Below, in pieces: positions 20,545 to 27,670 of a DNA stretch of 32,000 nt (position 1 is its first letter; each line of letters starts with the position of its first letter). Both the position numbers and the translations under genes were made by a program. The stretch lies in contig NZ_CP047931.1 of NCBI RefSeq assembly GCF_014280175.1, forward strand, positions 660,001-692,000, read 5' to 3'. The DNA comes from Synechococcus sp. A15-28 (lineage in GTDB: Bacteria; Cyanobacteriota; Cyanobacteriia; PCC-6307; Cyanobiaceae). The notes beneath the pieces are model-generated. The model saw only the letters and a list, made by a program, of their open reading frames with translations, was not told the DNA's origin and ran no database searches.

Positions 20545-21369
20545 ATGCGTCAGGCGGTTCAAAGAGCGCTCCAGTTGATGCTGTTGATTGCGCTAGCACT
20601 GCTGGTGCTGGTGCCATTGCTCTGGCTGGTGAGCACGTCTCTCAAAGGACCCACCGAGGATATTTTCAGCAGCCCTCCAGCTCTTCTGCCTCAACAACCC
20701 AGTTTTGAGGCCTACCGCCGCCTGTTTCAGGACAATCCGCTCACCACGTATCTGATCAACAGCACGGCGGTGAGCGTTCTGGCGGTTGGGGCCAATCTGC
20801 TGTTCTGTTCTCTGGCGGCCTACCCACTGGCCAGGATGCGTTTCGCCGGACGCGGCCTGGTGTTGGGACTGGTGGTGGCCACGATCCTGATCCCTTTCCA
20901 GGTGGTGATGATTCCCCTGTACCTCCTGATGGTTCAGCTGGGTCTGCGCAACACGCTGCTGGCACTGATCATCCCTCAGGCCGCCACGGCCTTTGGTCTG
21001 TACCTGCTGCGTCAGAGTTTTCTGGGGGTCCCGAAGGAGTTGGAGGAAGCGGCGCGGATCGACGGCTGCAGTCGGCTTGGGGAATGGTGGAACGTGATGA
21101 TCCCTGCGGCCCGTGCCGACCTGATCACCCTGGCGATGTTCGTGTTCATCGGCACCTGGAGTGATTTCCTCTGGCCGCTGGTGATTCTCGATGATCCAGC
21201 TCTGTACACCCTTCCCCTGGGACTGCAGCAACTCTCCAGCAGCTTCTCCCTTGATTGGCGGATTGTTGCTTCTGGCTCGGTGGTCTCGATCCTCCCCGTG
21301 CTTCTGCTGTTCATCCTTCTGCAGCGCTTCATCCTGCCGAATGCAAGCGGCGATGCGGTCAAGGGCTGA
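20545..21369 (+). CDS. Carbohydrate ABC transporter permease (MalG/UgpE family; possibly glucosylglycerol-type)
   Basis: Multiple TM segments; NSTAVSVLAVGANLLFCSLAAYPLARMRF; EAARIDGCSRLGEWWNVMIPAARADLITLAMFVFIGTWSDFLWPL (EAA motif). Confidence 0.93.
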   Translation: MRQAVQRALQLMLLIALALLVLVPLLWLVSTSLKGPTEDIFSSPPALLPQQPSFEAYRRLFQDNPLTTYLINSTAVSVLAVGANLLFCSLAAYPLARMRFAGRGLVLGLVVATILIPFQVVMIPLYLLMVQLGLRNTLLALIIPQAATAFGLYLLRQSFLGVPKELEEAARIDGCSRLGEWWNVMIPAARADLITLAMFVFIGTWSDFLWPLVILDDPALYTLPLGLQQLSSSFSLDWRIVASGSVVSILPVLLLFILLQRFILPNASGDAVKG

Positions 21370-21399
21370 TCTAGAACACCAATCTCTTGGAGCCCTGGG

Positions 21400-21645
21400 A
21401 TGTCGCTGACACAACTCGATCAGTTCCTGTCGCTTCGTGAGTCGAATCCGCTTCTGGCGGAGCGGCTTGCTTCACCGCTTGACCTGGAGGATTTTCTGCA
21501 ACTTGCCGGGGAGTGGGGATTTCAATTGACGGAAGCTGACGTGCTGGATGCCCAGAAGAGGGCCATGGAGCAGGGCAGTGCATCGGCTCTGCAACAGGCT
21601 CAGGCCGAGGAATTCCGACGGCTGCGCAACTTCATTCATGGATGA
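21400..21645 (+). CDS. Nif11-like (leader-peptide-like) small protein
   Basis: MSLTQLDQFLSLRESNPLLAERLASPLDLEDFLQLAGEWGFQLTEADVLDAQKRAMEQGSASALQQAQAEEFRRLRNFIHG; the 'L..Fl..l..n..L...l....d...f..lA.e.GF.lt..dl' pattern of Nif11 domains. Confidence 0.8.
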   Translation: MSLTQLDQFLSLRESNPLLAERLASPLDLEDFLQLAGEWGFQLTEADVLDAQKRAMEQGSASALQQAQAEEFRRLRNFIHG

Positions 21646-21742
21646 GCCGTTCATGGCGTGCTCTCTGTCACAAAGAGCTGTGCCAAAGCTCACCGAATGT
21701 TGACCTGCTCTTCAAGAAAATGATGCAAGTAAGACATTTGAG

Positions 21743-21898
21743 ATGTCCTTCTGGCAGGAGTCGGAGATCAGTTCTCAACAATTTGTTGATCAAGAATCCC
21801 AATTCACTGAACCTCAGTTGTTAATTCTGTCTGAACTTCAGACCAACGTTTCTGGGGAGTGTTTTCTCAGTTGGGATGATTTGATCGGACAACGCTGA
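21743..21898 (+). CDS. Possible small protein (51 aa), function unknown
   Basis: Uninterrupted ATG..TGA reading MSFWQESEISSQQFVDQESQFTEPQLLILSELQTNVSGECFLSWDDLIGQR in otherwise unexplained AT-richer region; no homology recognised. Confidence 0.3.
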   Translation: MSFWQESEISSQQFVDQESQFTEPQLLILSELQTNVSGECFLSWDDLIGQR

Positions 21899-21921
21899 GG
21901 TTGGTTCGCATCTCCTAAGGT

Positions 21922-22125
21922 TCAGACTTTCACAACATCCGGGGTTTCTCCATGCACTTGGCCGATCCAAAGTGCATGGGTTACTGCACCGTCATGGGTG
22001 TGGAAGGTCCATGCCTTGTCGGCTGACGCGATCGATTTGATCGACTGGTTCACGTCGCTGACGCAGAGATAACAGCCATCGGACTCCGTGCGAAGCACGT
22101 ATCGCTCGGCGTATTGAGTGAGCAT
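21922..22125 (-). CDS. Small hypothetical protein (67 aa)
   Basis: MLTQYAERYVLRTESDGCYLCVSDVNQSIKSIASADKAWTFHTHDGAVTHALWIGQVHGETPDVVKV; protein-like composition, no overlapping gene. Confidence 0.5.
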   Translation of the reverse strand: MLTQYAERYVLRTESDGCYLCVSDVNQSIKSIASADKAWTFHTHDGAVTHALWIGQVHGETPDVVKV

Positions 22126-22201
22126 GTCCTGAAGGATCTCTGATCACGGCATAGCGATCAGGGATCTGGAGTCGAGAACGGTTTCAGGAAGATTTTTGTT
22201 T

Positions 22202-22636
22202 TCATTCGCCAAGGCTTAATAAGCTTTGTTGTTGGATGGCAAGTTCCTCGGGAGGCGCGATTCGGGTCTGGTGTCCTCCATTGCGAAACCAAGGCTCTGA
22301 CCACACCTCAAGGGTCAAGACATCTGAATCCAGTCCCCACGATTGCTGAAGGTATTGGCGGACAAGATCTTCCGGTGGTGCGGCCATTTGCTGCCAATGG
22401 ACGACCGCAAGAGCTCCTGGACTCGATCGGAGCGTCACCCGCCGCTGCTGTGGATCTCCGCCTTCAACGGCTTCCACGGTTTCCGTGAGTTGTTCATCGC
22501 AGACGAAAAGCTTCAGTGGGCCCTGCTCGTCGGTCTGGGGCAAGGGATATTTATTCAGATAAAGGGCTCGTGCTTTTCGAAACGAAGCAGCTGGGGCCCT
22601 GTTCATCAATGCTGCGTAAGCCTCAAGCAATCGCAC
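22202..22636 (-). CDS. Hypothetical protein (144 aa)
   Basis: MRLLEAYAALMNRAPAASFRKARALYLNKYPLPQTDEQGPLKLFVCDEQL...; plausible coding composition, no recognised family. Confidence 0.6.
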   Translation of the reverse strand: MRLLEAYAALMNRAPAASFRKARALYLNKYPLPQTDEQGPLKLFVCDEQLTETVEAVEGGDPQQRRVTLRSSPGALAVVHWQQMAAPPEDLVRQYLQQSWGLDSDVLTLEVWSEPWFRNGGHQTRIAPPEELAIQQQSLLSLGE

Positions 22637-22699
22637 AATCTTTGATGGAACATCATTGGGTTCATCCTGATTGACGACAGGTCATCTCTGCGTGACAGG

Positions 22700-23032
22700 A
22701 TGAGACTCATAGGAATGAAGCCTGTGGGGTCCTGGCTCAGCGTTGATCTTTGTGTCGTTCCTCTTGGGGTCGGGGTGAGCTTGTCCCCGTACATTGCGAC
22801 CTGTCAGCGGGTGATCGAGTCGTCCGGGCTCGTTCATGAGTTAGGTCCCAACGGCACGGCGATCGAGGGGCCCTGGGATGACGTCATGGACTGCGTTCGG
22901 GCCTGTCACGACGCCATGCATGACATGGGAGTGCCACGCGTCTACACCACGTTGAAGTTGAACACCCGCATCGACCGGCATCAGGCCTTTCACGACAAGG
23001 TTGAGGCGGTCCGCCGTGAACTGAACTCCTGA
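22700..23032 (+). CDS. Thiamine-binding / MTH1187 (YqgV, formerly DUF77) family protein
   Basis: WLSVDLCVVPLGVGVSLSPYIATCQRVIESSGLVHELGPNGTAIEGPWDDVMDCVRACHDAMHDMGVPRVYTTLKLNTRIDR is characteristic. Confidence 0.88.
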   Translation: MRLIGMKPVGSWLSVDLCVVPLGVGVSLSPYIATCQRVIESSGLVHELGPNGTAIEGPWDDVMDCVRACHDAMHDMGVPRVYTTLKLNTRIDRHQAFHDKVEAVRRELNS

Positions 23033-23085
23033 AATCTTGAGAAGTTCAGTGCATCCCAACGTCTGGCGATGATCTGGCGAGACCA

Positions 23086-23613
23086 ATGAGACAAGGGCGA
23101 GGGGATTTGGTGCTCCAGAAGGGTCGACGTCCAGCCTTGTGGTTGCTGGCTCCGTTGCTCATCGCGCTGAGCTGGGAGGGGCTCCCGTCGCGGGCATCAA
23201 GCTGGGATCAGATCGGCTCCTATCTGCGGTTGATTCAGAAAACCGGTGTTGAGGCCCTGGTCGCCAATGATTGCCCGCAAGGTCTGCTGGGAGCTTTTCA
23301 TGAAGGGCGTCAGGCCCTGTTGATGTGTGGCAACAATCTGCCGGATGATCCCGCTTACATCTGGGTCGTCCTTGCCCATGAATCCGCCCACGTCATGCAG
23401 TTCTGCAAGGGCGGTCCACTGATGCCAGCAGCGGTTTTGGGCGCTGGCATGGATCAGACCCGTCGCGCCGATCCGCGCGCTTTTCATGAGTTGAACCTGT
23501 ATCACAGCAGTCAGCATCACGTGGAGGCTGAAGCGCGCCTCGTTCAGGCTCTCCCTCCGGATGAGGTGGAACACCTCTTCAGACAGCATTGTGCGGAGCG
23601 GCTCGAGCCCTGA
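23086..23613 (+). CDS. Exported hypothetical protein with metallopeptidase-like HExxH motif
   Basis: N-terminal hydrophobic segment ALWLLAPLLIALSWEGLPSRA; IWVVLAHESAHVMQFCKGG contains HESAH, followed by HHVEAEARLVQALPPDEV. Confidence 0.65.
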   Translation: MRQGRGDLVLQKGRRPALWLLAPLLIALSWEGLPSRASSWDQIGSYLRLIQKTGVEALVANDCPQGLLGAFHEGRQALLMCGNNLPDDPAYIWVVLAHESAHVMQFCKGGPLMPAAVLGAGMDQTRRADPRAFHELNLYHSSQHHVEAEARLVQALPPDEVEHLFRQHCAERLEP

Positions 23614-24232
23614 GGATCCGACGATTCTTTATGGGGACCCCTGGTTGCTGGTGGTGCTGAAACCGTCGGGATTGCTGTCGCAACCCGGCCGCGGCGATCA
23701 CCTGCAGGATTCCCTGATCACGAGGCTGCAGAGGTTGCGTGGGGAGCACCATCTGGTGCATCGGCTTGATCGAGACACCTCGGGCGTGGTGCTGGTCGCC
23801 CGGTGTCTGGACAGTCTCCGTCGCTGCAGTGCCCTCTTTGCCGCTCGACGCGTGAACAAGCTCTACGAAGCAGAAGTGGAGGGGCAGCTGCATGGTCGAG
23901 GCCGGATTGATTCGCGTTTGGCTCGCTTGGATCGAGATCCACCTCGGTATGGCGATCACCCCCAGGGACGACCCTCGACAACGTTATGGCGAGTGCGCGC
24001 CAGACAAGAGGACTCGACAAAACTCTGGCTGCGGCCTTTGACAGGGCGATCGCATCAGCTGCGAGCCCACCTGGCTGGCATTGGTCATCCGATTCTGGGA
24101 GACCCGATTTACGGTGAAGGGTCAATGACGCCGTTGCGATTGCACGCCAGGGCCCTGGGTTTTCAACACCCGTTCACGGGGCGCCGGCTGCGTGTGTTCA
24201 CTCGACAGGACGATGACAACCATGCCGGCTGA
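23561..24232 (+). CDS. RluA-family pseudouridine synthase
   Basis: PTILYGDPWLLVVLKPSGLLSQPGRG; HHLVHRLDRDTSGVVLVAR; LWLRPLTGRSHQLRAHLAGIGHPILGDPIYG. Exact start uncertain; overlaps the preceding gene. Confidence 0.92.
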   Translation: MRWNTSSDSIVRSGSSPEDPTILYGDPWLLVVLKPSGLLSQPGRGDHLQDSLITRLQRLRGEHHLVHRLDRDTSGVVLVARCLDSLRRCSALFAARRVNKLYEAEVEGQLHGRGRIDSRLARLDRDPPRYGDHPQGRPSTTLWRVRARQEDSTKLWLRPLTGRSHQLRAHLAGIGHPILGDPIYGEGSMTPLRLHARALGFQHPFTGRRLRVFTRQDDDNHAG

Positions 24233-24488
24233 ATCTCTGGGTTATGCAGCTGCCTTTCTCACCACCATCAGTTTTTTCCCGCAGGCCGTGAAGACCCTCC
24301 GCAGCGGTGACACCCGTTCAATCTCTCTCGGTATGTACGCCCTGTTCACGGCTGGGGTGGCCCTGTGGTCGCTGTACGGCTGGATCGTCGGCGATGGCCC
24401 GGTGCTGATCGCCAATCTGATCACTCTGGTTCCGGCGACGGTTGTCTTGCAGCGCAAGATGGCTGCGGGAGTGCATTCTTCGGGGTGA
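24222..24488 (+). CDS. SemiSWEET (PQ-loop/MtN3) family sugar transporter
   Basis: MPAESLGYAAAFLTTISFFPQAVKTLRSGDTRSISLGMYALFTAGVALWSLYGWIVGDGPVLIANLITLVPATVVLQRKM; three TM helices with the PQ motif, 88 aa. ATG at 24222. Confidence 0.9.
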   Translation: MPAESLGYAAAFLTTISFFPQAVKTLRSGDTRSISLGMYALFTAGVALWSLYGWIVGDGPVLIANLITLVPATVVLQRKMAAGVHSSG

Positions 24489-24512
24489 CCGCAAATCCTT
24501 CATTTAGAGAAT

Positions 24513-27500
24513 GTGCAGAAACATGGTTTCGCTGAAGCTGATGGTGAAGCCATTCTCAGTGCCATGAACGCGATGCTCCTCGCGTCTGAAATGCCAGCAC
24601 ATCCCGATGATCCAACGCTCCAAAGTGAGCACATGGCTGCGATGGATCTGGCCAAACCGGAAGAAGCCACGCATGTCGCGACGGCCTCAGGAGATTGGTC
24701 CTCTGCCTCAACATGGCAGGGTGGGCGCATTCCTGATCAGGGCAGTCGGGTTCTGATCCCCGAAGCTCATTCGGTCACTCTGGATCGTGAACTGGCCTCG
24801 GAGCTTGAATGGCTTCGGCTGAATGGTGAGCTGCGCTTCGCAACTGATCGGGATACGGAATTAAGGGTCGACACGCTGGTCAGTGCCCCTGGTAGTCGAC
24901 TAGAGATCGGCACGGCGGAACAACCGGTTCAGTCGAATGTGCAAGCGCGGATCGTGTTCGCCGATCGTGGGCCTCTGACTGTTGAGAACGACCCGTTGCT
25001 AATGGGCCGTGGAGCGATTCTTCATGGCACCACGCGGATCCACGGTGCGGCAAAAACCTCTGCTGTGACCGCAGCAATAGATCTGAAACGAGGTGATCGG
25101 GAGATTGTTCTGACCGACCAACCGGAGGGTTGGTCGGTGGGGGATCAGCTGGTCATCGCTGGAACCCGTCCCGATGGTGGTGGGGATGAAACCGTCGTTA
25201 TTCAGTCCATTGAAGGGTCTCGCATTCTTTTGGAAGCCCCGTTAACCGAGGACCACCTCACTCCGCGGGATCACCTGAAGGTTCATGTGGCCAACCTCAG
25301 CCGCAATGTGGAATTCACCTCTGAGAACACAGCCATTGATCGTCGCGGTCACGTGATGTTCATGCATACCAGAGATGTGGATGTGGCGAATGCTGCGTTC
25401 AATGATCTGGGCCGCACCGACAAGCTTCGACCATTGGATAGTCCATATTTTGATGATGAAGGCTTCTTCGTGGAAGAGACTGGTAGTAATACAGGTGGCC
25501 GTTATTCTGTTCATTTTCACCGTAATGGTGTTGAGCGGAGTGGCTCTCCTGCTGTCATCCGTGGCAGTGTTGTAGCCGGCAATCCTGGCTGGGGGTTTGT
25601 CAACCATTCCAGTTATGTCGATTTCATCGACAATGTTGCCTTTGATGTGGTGGGTGCAGCTTTCAGCACCGAAGCTGGAGATGAGATCGGTCGTTTTCAG
25701 GACAACCTTGCCATTCGAATGCTTGGCACTGGTGATGAGCCCATCAGTCGACAGGAGGATGGCGATTTCGGCCATGCAGGTGATGGTTTCTGGCTGCAAG
25801 GGCCCGGGGTCGTCGTTGAAAACAATGTGGCTGCTGGGGCTACAGGAAGTGGCTTGATCCTCTATGCCGAACCATTGTTTGAAGATGGCTTGGGTATCAC
25901 GACCTTCCCTTCAGGCAATCTTCCTGATCCATTCGTTGCTGAGGGGGATGCGTCAGTGCCAGTTTCTTTGGCTCCCTTGGCTCGGTTCAGTGACAACGAA
26001 AGTTATGGTTCAGCTTTGGGAGCTCAGATTTATTACCACCGTACATTCATCACGATTGAGGAAGAACAGGAGGAACAGGCTCGATTTCAGTTTGCTCCGA
26101 GTGTGATGGATGGTATGAGTCTTTGGAGTAATAGTAACGGAATGCAGGTTAATTACACGGTTGACACTGATTTCCGCGATTTTGAAATCATTGGACCGGC
26201 TGATGGCTCTGGCGATACCGGCTTTGACGCTGCTTCAAACTTTTATAACCGCGGAACTCATCATTATGAAAACTTTGTCATTGAGGATTATGAGATTGGT
26301 TTCTCGGCTCCTCGTAGTGGTGTGATTCATGTCCGCAATGGTTATTTCAATAACATCACGGATTTTTATTTGAATGAGCCAAGGCAGCTGGGTCGCAGGA
26401 TGCGCTTCGAAGGTGATATCCAGTTTGGTGATCGTGCCAGTGGTGTTGTTGAGGGAGAGGTGGTGCCAAGGTCTTATTTTGAAATGGATCCTGAGCTTGC
26501 CCCTGCCGCGGATTCAGCGAACGAGCATTTCTTGCTGGATGATCAGGTTATTCTTGACTTCGGACCTTTTCAGGATCAGCAACTCTATTTCTATGAGCAG
26601 TTAGCGGATCATGTGCTTTTCCCTGAGTTGCCGGAGCAGCTGACTCCCGATGATCCTGGGCCAACGATTGGGGATGAGTTTGTTGGCGTAACCAATGCGG
26701 AGATTGCATCTGTGTTGGGTGAGTCGTTTGGGGGCGCCATGGTTCCAGATGATGCGCGAGAGGTGGATCGGATCCTGGGACTCGTTGGCTCGCCTGCGGC
26801 TGATCTTCCTGAGCTCAATCCCAACCCTCTCCCATTGGATGATGAAGAGGAAGACGATTTAGATGAGGACGAAGAAGAGGAAGAAGAGGAGATCGAGGAA
26901 GAGGAGAATGATTTGGAGGAAGATGAAGAGGGAATTGATGAAGAGGAGGATGATTTAGAGGAAGATGAAGAGGGAATTGAGGAAGACGTGGATGAGATTG
27001 ATGATCCCATCGACGAGCCGGAGGGTTCTGAGCTTGAGATCGGACTGTCTGAACAGGGAGGCAACCTTCGCCTCAGGCTCAGAAGTGATGAATTGATCGA
27101 GCGTTCTGATGACGTGGTGCGAACCCCCGTTGAGGGTTTTGATGCAATTTCTCTGTTCAGCTCCAATTTTTCCGAGAAAGTTAAATTCAAGTTTGATCCC
27201 CGTCTCGCATCATCTCCTGATGTTGTCAACTTATTCGCGGCAAGGGGGGGTGACCGAATTCAGATTGTTCAAAAGAATCAAGGCGGACCTGACTTGTTGG
27301 CGATTCATGGCCAACAAGGGCGTGATCGCCTCGATGCCAGCAAATTCGCTGGAGAGGTTGAACTGGATGGTGGACCTGGTCGAGATCTTCTGATCGGTGG
27401 ACGTTCGCGAAGTGAACTTTGGGGTGGTTCAGGCGCTGATACGTTTGATCTCAGTCGTGAATCTTCTGGTGTTCAGTGGATCATGGATTTTGATCCTGAT

Positions 27501-27650
27501 ATAGATCAACTTCGCTTGGATCAAACCGTTGGTGCTTACGAGATCGACGTTCGCGGAGATGATCTCTGGCTTCTGAGTGGTGAGCGAGCCGTGGCCGTTT
27601 TTGACGGCTTTGTTGATCAACAGGACACTCTTCAACTCTTGATCAGTTAG
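24513..27650 (+). CDS. Large G8-domain / right-handed beta-helix protein with acidic linker and C-terminal RTX-like calcium-binding region; putative type I secreted surface or polysaccharide-active protein
   Basis: 1045 aa. G8-like region ASGDWSSASTWQGGRIPDQGSRVLIPEAHSVTLDRELASELEWLRLNGELRFATDRDTELRVDTLVSAPGSRLEIGTAEQPVQ; GHVMFMHTRDVDVANAAFNDLGRTDK; YSVHFHRNGV; linker LPLDDEEEDDLDEDEEEEEEEIEEEEN...; C-terminal LDGGPGRDLLIGGRSRSELWGGSGADTFDL. GTG start at 24513 uncertain. Confidence 0.85.
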   Translation: MQKHGFAEADGEAILSAMNAMLLASEMPAHPDDPTLQSEHMAAMDLAKPEEATHVATASGDWSSASTWQGGRIPDQGSRVLIPEAHSVTLDRELASELEWLRLNGELRFATDRDTELRVDTLVSAPGSRLEIGTAEQPVQSNVQARIVFADRGPLTVENDPLLMGRGAILHGTTRIHGAAKTSAVTAAIDLKRGDREIVLTDQPEGWSVGDQLVIAGTRPDGGGDETVVIQSIEGSRILLEAPLTEDHLTPRDHLKVHVANLSRNVEFTSENTAIDRRGHVMFMHTRDVDVANAAFNDLGRTDKLRPLDSPYFDDEGFFVEETGSNTGGRYSVHFHRNGVERSGSPAVIRGSVVAGNPGWGFVNHSSYVDFIDNVAFDVVGAAFSTEAGDEIGRFQDNLAIRMLGTGDEPISRQEDGDFGHAGDGFWLQGPGVVVENNVAAGATGSGLILYAEPLFEDGLGITTFPSGNLPDPFVAEGDASVPVSLAPLARFSDNESYGSALGAQIYYHRTFITIEEEQEEQARFQFAPSVMDGMSLWSNSNGMQVNYTVDTDFRDFEIIGPADGSGDTGFDAASNFYNRGTHHYENFVIEDYEIGFSAPRSGVIHVRNGYFNNITDFYLNEPRQLGRRMRFEGDIQFGDRASGVVEGEVVPRSYFEMDPELAPAADSANEHFLLDDQVILDFGPFQDQQLYFYEQLADHVLFPELPEQLTPDDPGPTIGDEFVGVTNAEIASVLGESFGGAMVPDDAREVDRILGLVGSPAADLPELNPNPLPLDDEEEDDLDEDEEEEEEEIEEEENDLEEDEEGIDEEEDDLEEDEEGIEEDVDEIDDPIDEPEGSELEIGLSEQGGNLRLRLRSDELIERSDDVVRTPVEGFDAISLFSSNFSEKVKFKFDPRLASSPDVVNLFAARGGDRIQIVQKNQGGPDLLAIHGQQGRDRLDASKFAGEVELDGGPGRDLLIGGRSRSELWGGSGADTFDLSRESSGVQWIMDFDPDIDQLRLDQTVGAYEIDVRGDDLWLLSGERAVAVFDGFVDQQDTLQLLIS
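26904..26987 (+). repeat. Two tandem copies of a 42-bp (14-aa) acidic repeat inside the G8 protein gene
   Basis: ENDLEEDEEGIDEE (26904-26945) then EDDLEEDEEGIEED (26946-26987); nucleotide core GATTT(G/A)GAGGAAGATGAAGAGGGAATTGA repeated. Confidence 0.85.
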
Positions 27651-27670
27651 GTGATGCGCTGATCCTTGAA

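Noticed and set aside
26609-27229. 206-aa minus-strand ORF rich in Ser (SSSSSKSSSSSSIPSSSSS)
   Set aside because: It is the antisense reading of the GAA/GAG/GAT-rich acidic linker of the G8 protein; composition is an artefact of the sense repeat.
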